A stretch of 64,000 bases of DNA from Betaproteobacteria bacterium (GTDB taxonomy: Bacteria; Pseudomonadota; Gammaproteobacteria; Burkholderiales; Rhodocyclaceae). The translations under genes were made by a program, and so were the position numbers. Each line of letters opens with the position of its first letter. The first letter of the stretch is position 1. The stretch spans positions 3,347 to 67,346 of the forward strand of contig JACRAR010000059.1 in assembly GCA_016234745.1 (NCBI GenBank), in the 5' to 3' direction. Below the pieces are notes generated by a model that worked only from the letters and a program-made list of their open reading frames with translations, was not told the origin of the DNA and ran no database searches. Below, piece after piece: positions 8,887 through 18,101 of this stretch.

Positions 8887-9072
8887 TCAACGGTGGCTGT
8901 CCGGTGTTACTTTCACGGGTGTCCAACCGTGGCCTGGCTTGGTCGTGGGCGGCAGCGGCCGGTTGTCCGGCACAGTCGTGTAATTCGGCTGTCTGCCGCC
9001 TCTGGGTCCGACTTCCTGAAAGATACCACCACCGTTTCCAGTATTCTGGCCGGGCTTTTTCGATATTGCCAT
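8887..9072 (-). CDS. Small Gly/Pro-rich protein (61 aa), first ORF of the cassette
   Basis: AAAGGAAA lies 7 nt upstream of ATG 9072. Product is MAISKKPGQNTGNGGGIFQEVGPRGGRQPNYTTVPDNRPLPPTTKPGHGWTPVKVTPDSHR, which is low-complexity, so coding status is uncertain. Confidence 0.3.
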   Translation of the reverse strand: MAISKKPGQNTGNGGGIFQEVGPRGGRQPNYTTVPDNRPLPPTTKPGHGWTPVKVTPDSHR

Positions 9073-9294
9073 GTCAATTTCCTTTCGAGAAAAAAGCAAC
9101 TTGCACAACCCGGACAGCGAAAACCTTTGTTGACCTACTCCCACTTAAGTGTGTATTGTGGGAACGTCTGCATTCAACGTAAGGCGACAGGCTTCTCCGG
9201 GATCGGTGGCCTGTCTCGGCCGTTCTTGGGAGTTCCAGTCCTTCGAGCGGCCTTTTCATTGGTATCATTGCTCCTCCCCCATTGATCTCTTTCA

Positions 9295-11640
9295 TCACGC
9301 CTTGCCCCGTACCTGCGTACGCGCTCGAACGGCCAGGTTCTGTGCCTGAAATCTGTTCCGGACGATCTGCGCTACTTCGTCATAGACCGGCGCCTTACTT
9401 TCTGGATCGGCGATCGTGATAATCAATGAGAAGGGCTGCGGCTTGAAAGCAGCCTCTTCCTTCTCGATGCCGTGCCGTGTCAACAAGCGCAGCATTAGAC
9501 GCCAACGGTTCCCACGCTCGCCACTATCGTTGAGGCGTCCGTGATAAGTACGCACCGGCGCCCACTTCCGTAGTTTCTCCACCTGGTAAGACTCATAGAG
9601 TTGGCCGGGATTGCGATGTTCGGGGGGGACAAGTCCCGTGAACACCTGCTTTATTTCGCCAGTATCACGCGACACGCGGTCGCGATATACGCCAAGGTGA
9701 GCTTCGATGTGGGTCTCGCAGTATTCGGTGCCCCACCGGGAGCCCCGTGCAGGGGCGAAGGCCAGCGTCATCCAGATTTCCCCGAAGTACTTGCCGTCCC
9801 GCTTCAGCGATGCAGGATAGGGGAAGTTATCCCACTCCAGGAAGTAGCCAGGTCGCAGGGTGTCGTCGAACACCAGCGTAGCGGTGTGCGGAGTGCATTC
9901 CAGGCAGTACGGCAGCCCTGCCGGAAGGCCAAAGCCGAGAAAGTTTTCCTCTCCGTCGGGAACGCGGGTCCCTGACCGTGGATCTCGTGCATGGTGCGTG
10001 AGCAGTGCTCTAGCTAATACCGGGGTTGGTGTTGGTGTAATCTGGTGATATATCTGCGCCAGCGTCCGTGAGACAAGCGGTGTGGCAAAACTGGTTCCAA
10101 GATCCTCCACCAGGCCAGCGCCTGTGACCGACCGAATTCCATGCACATGTACCGCGTCGGTCGAGCACGAGCCACCGTAATGCACCAAGTCGGGTTTGAT
10201 GATATGGTTCGGGCCAGCCCCGTGACGCGAGAATGCGGATGGCTGATGTTGCTTCGGCCCATTAGCCTTGTAGCCGACATGTGAAACCGACCCAACGGTG
10301 ATGCCCAGAACGCTGTCAGCCGGAGAGGTGATACGACCGGAATCGAGTTGTGTCAGGGTCCGGGGAAAGTCGAGAAGCGGTGGCGTCGCATAGTTTCCAG
10401 CGCTGATCACAAACGATACCTGGTACTTCTCCTGCAGATTGTCCAATTCTTCAGCCATTTCCGAAAACTCGTCCATCGAGCAGATGCTGTCCGTCCCTAG
10501 TGAAAAATTCCAGACCTTGTACTTGTTGGCGTGCAACCGCAGCGCGGACTCGAGTGACGCTAACAACTCGTGCTCGAGTAGCGCCGACGTCTCGCCACGT
10601 GCCGGGTCATCATTCGGGATCACCTGCAGATCGAACACAGCGCAAGGGCTATCATCAACACCCGCGAGCGTCGGGTTTAGCACGCCACCCCAGCAGATAA
10701 GTCCAGCCACAAAGGTTCCGTGATCTGTGTTCTGGTCATACGGCGCAGCGACGTCGCAAATACGGCCCATAACCCATGAGTCCAAGGCAGGGATGTTCTT
10801 TGAAATACCACTATCCACCACGACCACGACAGGTACGTCTGCGTCGCTTGTATCCCGCGACGGCATGGGGGGAAGCGCCTGCTGATTCATCATGCGCGGC
10901 CGGATCATACGTATCAGAGGCATGTTGGAGATGGTACGCACCCCGATGATGCGCGACAGCGCTTCGACGTCGGCCACCGTATTGCAATCGGCCGCGTAGA
11001 CAAAACTGCGCGCAGAATAGCCGCGCTGGTCAAGACGAATCCCTCTCTCCACACAGACGGCTTCGAAATTGGCAACGAGGGCCAGATGATCATCATCGGC
11101 ACCATAATCAAACAGCCGAATGCGGGTAACAAATCTGTCCCGGCGGCGCGGGCTACGGCGCAATATGTCTTCCGCATTCATCCCACGGCGCCGAAGGGTC
11201 GGTGTCACCGGTTCGATGCTCTCGATGCAAGAAATCTCCTTGATAATCTGCTCGGAGGTATTGCTCTCGATCATTTGGGTAAGGCGATCCAATCCCTCAG
11301 GTGTGGCTTTGATGAACAACTCGCCAAGCTGACCTGCGCTGATGATAGGGCAGGATTGATCGGAAAACAGCTTCTCCGGCCGATGGCTCTTGGCGGCAGC
11401 CTTCGCCATGACCTTGACGCGGACGGGTGCGGATTTTGTCAGCTTGAGTTGAGGCAGGATGGCTTCTCTAATGGCGCCGAGTTGGTTGGATAGTCGTTTG
11501 CGGTACTTGGCGTCGACTTCGCGGAAGGGTTGAGGTGGAGCTCCGCCGCCTGGAACGCGGCGCTCCGTTCCCTGCTTGGGCATGATCAGCTTGATCGGCA
11601 GGCGTTCGCGGAGTTGGTCGCTTGGATTGTTTTCAGCCAT
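9295..11640 (-). CDS. ietS: S8 (subtilisin-like) serine peptidase, IetS-like
   Basis: Catalytic triad contexts VVVVDSGI (Asp), DHGTFVAGLI (His) and GTSFATPLVS (Ser). The ~260-aa N-terminal domain is of unknown function. The start overlaps the upstream AAA+ gene by 8 nt. Confidence 0.75.
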   Translation of the reverse strand: MAENNPSDQLRERLPIKLIMPKQGTERRVPGGGAPPQPFREVDAKYRKRLSNQLGAIREAILPQLKLTKSAPVRVKVMAKAAAKSHRPEKLFSDQSCPIISAGQLGELFIKATPEGLDRLTQMIESNTSEQIIKEISCIESIEPVTPTLRRRGMNAEDILRRSPRRRDRFVTRIRLFDYGADDDHLALVANFEAVCVERGIRLDQRGYSARSFVYAADCNTVADVEALSRIIGVRTISNMPLIRMIRPRMMNQQALPPMPSRDTSDADVPVVVVVDSGISKNIPALDSWVMGRICDVAAPYDQNTDHGTFVAGLICWGGVLNPTLAGVDDSPCAVFDLQVIPNDDPARGETSALLEHELLASLESALRLHANKYKVWNFSLGTDSICSMDEFSEMAEELDNLQEKYQVSFVISAGNYATPPLLDFPRTLTQLDSGRITSPADSVLGITVGSVSHVGYKANGPKQHQPSAFSRHGAGPNHIIKPDLVHYGGSCSTDAVHVHGIRSVTGAGLVEDLGTSFATPLVSRTLAQIYHQITPTPTPVLARALLTHHARDPRSGTRVPDGEENFLGFGLPAGLPYCLECTPHTATLVFDDTLRPGYFLEWDNFPYPASLKRDGKYFGEIWMTLAFAPARGSRWGTEYCETHIEAHLGVYRDRVSRDTGEIKQVFTGLVPPEHRNPGQLYESYQVEKLRKWAPVRTYHGRLNDSGERGNRWRLMLRLLTRHGIEKEEAAFKPQPFSLIITIADPESKAPVYDEVAQIVRNRFQAQNLAVRARTQVRGKA

Positions 11641-12793
11641 GATCCTCCCCTTCCCGTTTTGACAGCCGGTGGATGGTTGCCTTCGACAGCCCCGTTAGTT
11701 CTGCAAGCATGCCCAGACTATACAAACGCTGATCGCGCTCCCTCAGCGCATGCACAACATCCGCCACGTCCTTGTTGGCAAACCGAGCGACGAATCTTGC
11801 TCCGTCCTCCGCCCCGATCGCCAGATTCTGCAATACTGGAAAGGTGTCCTTGAGTTGCAGTGGTTGGCCAGTGGAAAAATGGCGGCGCTTCAATCGAGCA
11901 CAGGCCTCGCGGATATCGGAGCCAGAAAATCCTTCGGATAAATCTGAAAGGACAGTGAGATCACGCTGTGAAAATTGAGTAGGCTCGATGAAATCGGCCC
12001 ACATCCGTTCTCGCTGTTCAGGTGACGGCAGCTGCAGCGCCAAGCGGTAGGTGAAGCGCCGCCACACGGCGGCATCTAACAGCGTTTCGTGGTTTGTAGC
12101 CGCAAGGACAATAGATTGACGGCCGAGTGTGTCGAGGTTCTGTAGAAAACTATTGACCACGCGCTTCAACTCACCCAACTCCTGACTGTCGCTGCGCAGC
12201 TTGGCGATTGCGTCGAACTCATCAAGGAATAACACGCAGGGCGTTTTTGCGGCGAAGTCGAATAGAGCGCGGATGTTCTTCGACGTGCTGCCGAGATAAG
12301 ATGAAATCAAACCATCCAGACGGGCGACATAGAGTTCAAGCCCTAACTCCTTGGCGATGTGACGCGCCAGACGACTCTTGCCAGTGCCAGGCGGACCGTA
12401 CATGAGAAAGCTGAGAGCGCCTGACAATTCGGTGCTGTCCAGCGTAGCGTAGCTTTTCGCCACACTGGCGAATTCATTGACTACATCCCACTGCGGCTGC
12501 GAGAGCTGGACGGGCGGCTCTTGCATAGTTTTGAGCTTGACATGCTCAACGAGGGGAAACCGGCTCTCTGCATCAACCGGCAATGCCGTTGAAAATCGGA
12601 CATCGGCCGGGCGCAGCTGTTTATCCGTCTCCTCAAGCATCTTGCGCAAACGATGGGCTGTACTCGTCTCGCCCTCATTTTCGAGCTTTTCGGCGAGAAA
12701 GGCCGTATAATTTCTGACCTTATCTAGGTCGAGACGAAGTGCGCCATTGACGATACGCACAAGTTCATTAATGAAACGAATATCTGTACTCAT
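11633..12793 (-). CDS. ietA: AAA+ ATPase, IetA-like
   Basis: Walker A GPPGTGKS, Walker B VLFLDEFDAI and second region of homology ATNHETLLDAAVWRRF. I prefer the ATG at 12793 (MSTDIRF...) over the TTG at 12922, whose N-terminal extension is low-complexity. Confidence 0.75.
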   Translation of the reverse strand: MSTDIRFINELVRIVNGALRLDLDKVRNYTAFLAEKLENEGETSTAHRLRKMLEETDKQLRPADVRFSTALPVDAESRFPLVEHVKLKTMQEPPVQLSQPQWDVVNEFASVAKSYATLDSTELSGALSFLMYGPPGTGKSRLARHIAKELGLELYVARLDGLISSYLGSTSKNIRALFDFAAKTPCVLFLDEFDAIAKLRSDSQELGELKRVVNSFLQNLDTLGRQSIVLAATNHETLLDAAVWRRFTYRLALQLPSPEQRERMWADFIEPTQFSQRDLTVLSDLSEGFSGSDIREACARLKRRHFSTGQPLQLKDTFPVLQNLAIGAEDGARFVARFANKDVADVVHALRERDQRLYSLGMLAELTGLSKATIHRLSKREGEDHG

Positions 12794-13340
12794 GAAACGA
12801 TTATGATATACAGAGAGACGATTGTCAACCCAAAAGAAACGGTGGTGGCGGGTTAATGGAGATGAAGGCGGCACGCTGTCAGGGTGATCAGCGGAGCCAT
12901 GCGGCATCCTTGTCACGCCCAAACTTGGAGAATGCAGATAGCTACTGTCGAGCGCCGACGACGTTCTAGTCTCGCCTTCGCTTGCCCCAGAGGGCAGCTA
13001 TGAAGTTTTGTCTCCACCATTGCAAGACATTGGAATGCACGGCCACATTTACAAGCCTATGAATTTAAAGGATCGTGTGTCTTCCTCTTTATTTGTGCAT
13101 ACCAATATGCGCCAAATATTTCGACTAATCGCCCTTTCGTGCCTATTGTTCGCGCCAGTCCTGGTTTATTTTCGCCGGTACGGAAAAATCTTGATGCAAA
13201 TCAACGATACTCTCTATGCATGAATGATAACGTCCGTGCATAGCTGGAGGCCAAACCTGCTTGTCTTGGCATGGCAGGCCTCAACTGATCATTCTTGGTG
13301 GCGTCCTGCCCGTAAATGAACTCGGAGACCCGTTCTTCAA

Positions 13341-15971
13341 ATGAAGCGCTTTGACTCGCAGGCACCCCTGTGGTCGGCCGTACTGATCATCACGGCTGTC
13401 GCGTTGATGGCTTTCTGGCGCGTCGAGCTCGATTACCGCAACACCATGGAAGCAGCGAAGAGCCTCCTGACGACGCTGGCGCGCTCGGGCGATGAACAAC
13501 TCTCCGGGCAACTCCAGAGCCTGGAAGTGCTGCTGCTCGGCATTGATAGCCGGCTGCGCGTCACTGCACCTGCAGACAAAGACAAGCTAGTCGACGAAAT
13601 CAAGACGCAGCTTAAATTTGTCAAGGGCACGCGGGTTCTCATTGTGACCAACCCGGCTGGTCAGGCGATATTGTCCACCCGTCCCGACCTGTTCGGTTTC
13701 GATGCCTCGGCCCGGCCCTATTTCACTGTGCCGCGCAACGCAGTGGGCAAGGACCGTTTGCACCTGATCGGGCTGACCCCCACCCGGGATGGCACCCACG
13801 TGCTTTGGGCAACACTCGCCAGACGGGATGCGCAAGGGCGGTTCGACGGCGTGGTCGCGGTCAGCCTGCTGCCGGAGTTCCTCGACCCGCTGATGCGATC
13901 CATACGTCCTGACAGTCCAAGGAGCACCGCTGTTCTTGTGGGCAGCGACCAAACCATTCTGTATCGCCTCCCCGACGCCGAACAACATGTTGGTAAATCG
14001 CTGCGCGGCTCGCCCGGAATCAGCGCACACCTGGAAAGCGGGGACAAGGCGACGATTCAAACCCAGGTTGCCGTCACGGATAACGTCCAGCGCATTACCG
14101 CATTCCGGACTGTGCAACCGTACCGCATCAACGTCACAGTGGGATTACCACTAGAGGAAGTGCTGGCACCCTTTTATCAGCGTCTTTGGGTGCATCTGGG
14201 AATACTGCTCTTTACCACCACGCTGATCCTCAGCCTGATGTTCTTCCTGCGGCGCTCGGCCACCCGGTTGCGCCTCTTGTCGGATGTTTTCGAACACAGC
14301 GGCGAAGGCATCGTCATCACCAATGCGGAAAATCTCATCGTTGCCATCAATAAGGCATTCTCGCGGCACACCGGGTATTCCGAAGAGGATGTGATTGGCA
14401 AGAATCCACGCATCCTGTCCGCAGGCAATACCAGCCCGGAAACCTATCGCCAGATGTGGCAAGACATTACCACCAAGAACAGTTGGCAGGGCGAACTCTG
14501 GGATCGCCGCAAGAACGGCGAGACCTATCCGAAGTGGCTTGTCATCTCGGCGGTACGCGCAGCAAATGGAAAAACATCGCACTACATCGGCAATTTTGTT
14601 GATATCTCCGCGCGCAAGGCCTCCGAGGAGAAAATGCGCCATCTGGCAAATCACGATCCATTAACCGGATTGCTCAACCGTTTCAGCCTGCACGAAAGAC
14701 TGGCGCATGCTTTGAGCTTCTGCAAACGCAGCAACCGGCAACTGGCGCTGATGCTGATCGACCTGGATCGATTCAAGATCATCAACGATACCCTCGGCCA
14801 TCAGGTCGGCGACAAACTGCTGGTACAGGTCGCGCACCGCCTGCGCGAAGCGGTGCGCGAAAGCGATATCGTGGCGCGCCTGGGCGGCGACGAATTCGTC
14901 GTGGTTCTCGCCGAGATCGATACTCCTGCCGATGCCGCCAACGTCGCGGCGAAGATCGCCAAGTCGATCTCTGCGGTTTACTTTATCGACGGAACCGAGC
15001 AACGTTCATCGCCGAGCATCGGCATCTGCATCTACCCTGACGACGCCAGCGAGGCCAACGACTTGCTGAAGAAAGCGGATGTGGCGATGTACCATGCCAA
15101 ATCGCTGGGACGCGGCAATTACCAGTTTTTTACCGAGGAAATGCAGGTGGCAGCCACCCGGCGCATTGAACTCGAAGCGGACTTGCGCAAAGCAGTGGAA
15201 CAGCGGCAGTTTCTCCTGCATTATCAGCCGCAGTTGGATCTGCGCAGCGGCAGGCTGGTTGGCGTCGAGGCGTTAATTCGCTGGCAACACCCTACCCGCG
15301 GTTTGGTGCCGCCCATCGAATTCATTCCGCTGGCTGAGGAAACCGGCCTGATTTTGCCGCTCGGCGAGTGGGTCTTGCGCGAGTCATGCCGGCAGTTGCA
15401 AGCATGGCAGGCAAACGGGCTGGCGCACATTGCCGTCTCCGTCAATCTCAGCGCCAAGCAGTTCCTCGACAAGACGCTGCCGGAACAGATTGACGCCATT
15501 CTCATGGAATTCGGCGTGCCCTCCTCCCACTTGATCCTGGAAGTCACCGAATCGATGTCGATGGAATCGCCAACCGACAGCATCGCCATGATGCAACGCC
15601 TCAGCGATCGCGATCTGGCATTGTCGATAGACGACTTCGGTACCGGTTATTCGTCGCTGGCCTATCTCAAGCTGTTCCCCATCAGAACCCTGAAGATCGA
15701 CCGCTCTTTCGTCAAGGATATCGAAACCGATCAGAATGACGCCGACATTTGCGATGTCACGGTATTGCTGGCCCATAAACTTGGCCTGGATGTCGTCGCC
15801 GAAGGCGTCGAAAGTGCAGCCCAGATGAAGTATCTGCTCAGCATCGGCTGCGAAAAAATCCAGGGATATCTGATCAGCAAGCCCTTGCCTGCGGCCGCAG
15901 CCGAGGAATTCATGCGCAGCAGCGCGCCGATCACGGGACTGGGCACAGTGGATCTCTGGGAGAACACCTGA
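13341..15971 (+). CDS. Membrane sensor: periplasmic Cache-like domain, PAS, GGDEF, EAL (c-di-GMP cyclase/phosphodiesterase)
   Basis: Two TM segments flank a ~250-aa periplasmic domain. PAS region ([39 protein letters not shown]), RLGGDEF motif, and EALIRW plus [13 protein letters not shown] motifs. Confidence 0.9.
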   Translation: MKRFDSQAPLWSAVLIITAVALMAFWRVELDYRNTMEAAKSLLTTLARSGDEQLSGQLQSLEVLLLGIDSRLRVTAPADKDKLVDEIKTQLKFVKGTRVLIVTNPAGQAILSTRPDLFGFDASARPYFTVPRNAVGKDRLHLIGLTPTRDGTHVLWATLARRDAQGRFDGVVAVSLLPEFLDPLMRSIRPDSPRSTAVLVGSDQTILYRLPDAEQHVGKSLRGSPGISAHLESGDKATIQTQVAVTDNVQRITAFRTVQPYRINVTVGLPLEEVLAPFYQRLWVHLGILLFTTTLILSLMFFLRRSATRLRLLSDVFEHSGEGIVITNAENLIVAINKAFSRHTGYSEEDVIGKNPRILSAGNTSPETYRQMWQDITTKNSWQGELWDRRKNGETYPKWLVISAVRAANGKTSHYIGNFVDISARKASEEKMRHLANHDPLTGLLNRFSLHERLAHALSFCKRSNRQLALMLIDLDRFKIINDTLGHQVGDKLLVQVAHRLREAVRESDIVARLGGDEFVVVLAEIDTPADAANVAAKIAKSISAVYFIDGTEQRSSPSIGICIYPDDASEANDLLKKADVAMYHAKSLGRGNYQFFTEEMQVAATRRIELEADLRKAVEQRQFLLHYQPQLDLRSGRLVGVEALIRWQHPTRGLVPPIEFIPLAEETGLILPLGEWVLRESCRQLQAWQANGLAHIAVSVNLSAKQFLDKTLPEQIDAILMEFGVPSSHLILEVTESMSMESPTDSIAMMQRLSDRDLALSIDDFGTGYSSLAYLKLFPIRTLKIDRSFVKDIETDQNDADICDVTVLLAHKLGLDVVAEGVESAAQMKYLLSIGCEKIQGYLISKPLPAAAAEEFMRSSAPITGLGTVDLWENT

Positions 15972-15972
15972 A

Positions 15973-17547
15973 ATGAGCTTGCGCAGAAAAATCATGCTGC
16001 TTGGCCTGGTCGCCATCGCCGGAATGTGTCTGGCCCTGTGGCTGCAATATATGAGTTACGTCGGGCAATCCAGGTCCATCGAAGCAGTGGCGCGCAATGT
16101 CAAGACCGTCGGCTCACTCTCCCATGCCACTCACCAATTGCAGAAAGAGCGGGGGCTGACCACCATCAATCTGGCCAAGGCAAACAGCCAGGCGATCACC
16201 GAGCAGATCCGCCAGACCGACGCCGCACTTGCCCGGCTGGCCGCAACGGGTGTGCACATTGATGGACTGGACAATACCCTGCTGCAATTGCGGGCCGCGG
16301 CAAGAACACGTGGCGCCGAACAACTGGCGATACGCGACGACTACACCAAGCTGCTGCAAGGTCTCATTGATGAAATGAACCAGATGATCAGCGCACCCGG
16401 GATGAATATCGCAAAAGCCAATATTTCCGCGCATACCCATCTGGTGGCAGCCAAGGAATATCTCGGCCAGACCCGCGCCAGCCTGGGCTACGCCATCGAT
16501 CTCAAGCACGCGGAGGATCAGGTCATGCGCTCCCTGATCCGTCTCAAGAGCCTCTACGACGAGGAACTGCGCAAGTTCGAACTGGAAGCCTCGCCCGCGC
16601 TGCATGAGATTTTCGGCACGCAGTTCGCGGGGCTGGAAGTCGCCAAGACGATGGATATCATGGCGCAGATCGCTGCCACCGGCAAGCTGCCGCCGGCGCT
16701 CGACGTGCAAACCTGGTGGTCGATGGCCACCACGGCCATCGACCGCTTGAATCTGATCGAGGACCACTCGCTGAAAATGATCGAGCAGCATGCTGAAAGC
16801 GAGCTGGCCCAGCTACAGAGGGGCATGCACCTGCGGGCACTGACCACGCTGGCGATCTGCTTTGCCGTGCTGGTTCTGGCCGTCTCGGCGACGGTTACCT
16901 TGCTGCGCGCCCTGGAGCGCGCGCTGACCAGCATGGAGATCATTGCCAGCAGCCAGGATTTCCGCAGCCGCATCCCCGCCGACTCGCCCGATGAAATCGG
17001 ACGCATGTCGCGCAGTTTCAACCAGTTGCTGGACATTGCCGAACGCCTGCTGAAAGACAAAGACTTTCTGGCAACCACCGATTCGCTCACAGGTATCAAC
17101 AATCGCTGGCGCTTTTCCAAAGTGTTCGGAGAGGAAGCCGAGATGAAACGCCGCAGCAAGGCACCGATGGCATTGGTCCTGTTCGATGTCGACCATTTCA
17201 AGCACATCAATGACACTGCCGGCCACCTTGTTGGCGATGAGGTTCTGAAAGCCCTGACAAGTCTGGTCAAGAGAGAGATCCGTGCCACCGAATTTTTCGC
17301 GCGCTGGGGCGGTGAGGAATTCGTGCTGCTCCTCCGTGACGATGGTTGTGAAGCGGCTATAGCGGTTGCCGAAAAGCTCAGGAACCTGATCGCCAGCCAG
17401 GATTTCCCCGGCGTCGGTAAAGTGACCTGCAGTTTTGGGGTTACCGCCTGGCAGCAGGACGACAGCGAGACGAGTCTCGTCGCGCGTGCCGACAAGGCGC
17501 TCTTTGAGGCCAAGAAAGGCGGGCGCAACCAGGTCAAGCATGCATAA
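15973..17547 (+). CDS. NIT-HAMP-GGDEF diguanylate cyclase (putative nitrate/nitrite-responsive)
   Basis: The N-terminal LSHATHQLQKERGLTTINLA is the NIT-domain hallmark. It is followed by a TM segment, HAMP, and a GGDEF domain with RWGGEEF. Confidence 0.8.
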   Translation: MSLRRKIMLLGLVAIAGMCLALWLQYMSYVGQSRSIEAVARNVKTVGSLSHATHQLQKERGLTTINLAKANSQAITEQIRQTDAALARLAATGVHIDGLDNTLLQLRAAARTRGAEQLAIRDDYTKLLQGLIDEMNQMISAPGMNIAKANISAHTHLVAAKEYLGQTRASLGYAIDLKHAEDQVMRSLIRLKSLYDEELRKFELEASPALHEIFGTQFAGLEVAKTMDIMAQIAATGKLPPALDVQTWWSMATTAIDRLNLIEDHSLKMIEQHAESELAQLQRGMHLRALTTLAICFAVLVLAVSATVTLLRALERALTSMEIIASSQDFRSRIPADSPDEIGRMSRSFNQLLDIAERLLKDKDFLATTDSLTGINNRWRFSKVFGEEAEMKRRSKAPMALVLFDVDHFKHINDTAGHLVGDEVLKALTSLVKREIRATEFFARWGGEEFVLLLRDDGCEAAIAVAEKLRNLIASQDFPGVGKVTCSFGVTAWQQDDSETSLVARADKALFEAKKGGRNQVKHA

Positions 17548-17626
17548 GGTACCGTGCCGCGCGGCCAGTTCTTGATACACCGCTATTTCTGGTGGCGCTG
17601 CTTACCGGGAAGCCGCGCCCGACTTT

Positions 17627-18034
17627 TCAGGCGGTCGTGTTGATGATCGTGCCCGTGGTCGAGGCCTGTGTGGTCGCGACCGAGGAAAACTTGTCCTGGC
17701 TGGCAGAGGTCGATGGGGCGGTCGATTGCCGATTCAGGGCTTGATCGATCACGTAGGTCAGTTGCGTTTGCGAACTGGCGCCGGCTGACAACGCCGCCAG
17801 CCCCTGCCGGGCCCTCACTGCGAGCGACTGGGCCTGATCCGATTGAACGCCCAGCGATCTGGCATGCTCTTGCGCGCGATCCGCTTCGCGTTTGGCCACC
17901 GAAGCTTGTTGCTGCAAAATTTGCGCCGTCTGTTCGGCCTGGTCAGCATTGCGCTTCGCCTGTTGCAGCTTGAGTTGCTGCCAGCCGAATTGCGTTACCG
18001 AGCCCAAGCCCGAGGCGGATGGATCGATTGCCAT
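17627..18034 (-). CDS. Hypothetical Gln/Ala-rich coiled-coil protein
   Basis: 135-aa ORF at the distal end of the pilus cluster. No motif recognised. Confidence 0.4.
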   Translation of the reverse strand: MAIDPSASGLGSVTQFGWQQLKLQQAKRNADQAEQTAQILQQQASVAKREADRAQEHARSLGVQSDQAQSLAVRARQGLAALSAGASSQTQLTYVIDQALNRQSTAPSTSASQDKFSSVATTQASTTGTIINTTA

Positions 18035-18101
18035 CTAGGATTTCCAGACTGCCCTACTCATAAAAAGCATAGTCTCTTTGTCTTGACACTTCAAGCCACG
18101 C

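Larger units (their letters stand above)
1..13330 (+). mobile_element. Partial Tn7-like transposon: transposition core (TnsB-like and TnsC/TniB-like) followed by ~9 kb of defence/TA-type cargo. The proximal end is outside the window and the distal end is not resolved.
   Basis: The DDE transposase and TniB-type AAA+ ATPase genes are translationally coupled (ATG 2143 overlaps the stop at 2148-2150). Downstream genes are visibly more AT-rich than the rest of the window and look defence/TA-like. An AT-rich non-coding stretch at 12923-13340 precedes ordinary chromosomal genes. No terminal inverted repeat could be verified because the other end is not in the window. Confidence 0.45.

Noticed and set aside
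8837-8926. Longer N-terminal extension of the cyclase-like ORF (track start 8926)
   Set aside because: The AGGAG Shine-Dalgarno sits in front of the internal ATG at 8836. The extension would overlap the small upstream ORF and is low-complexity.
9130-9165. Plus-strand TTGACC, 18 nt, TATTGT promoter-like element between ietS and the small ORF
   Set aside because: It would drive only a 66-aa antisense ORF with no coding signal. It is likely a chance match in AT-richer DNA.
12794-12922. Longer N-terminal extension of the IetA-like ORF (TTG 12922 or ATG 12907)
   Set aside because: The extension is Pro/Ser/His-rich and lacks a Shine-Dalgarno, so I prefer ATG 12793 (MSTDIRF). The choice remains uncertain.
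13008-13223. 71-aa plus-strand ORF in the AT-rich junction
   Set aside because: It has no convincing Shine-Dalgarno and lies in a probable transposon-end/promoter region. The hydrophobic stretch may simply reflect AT-rich codons. It cannot be excluded as a small membrane protein.
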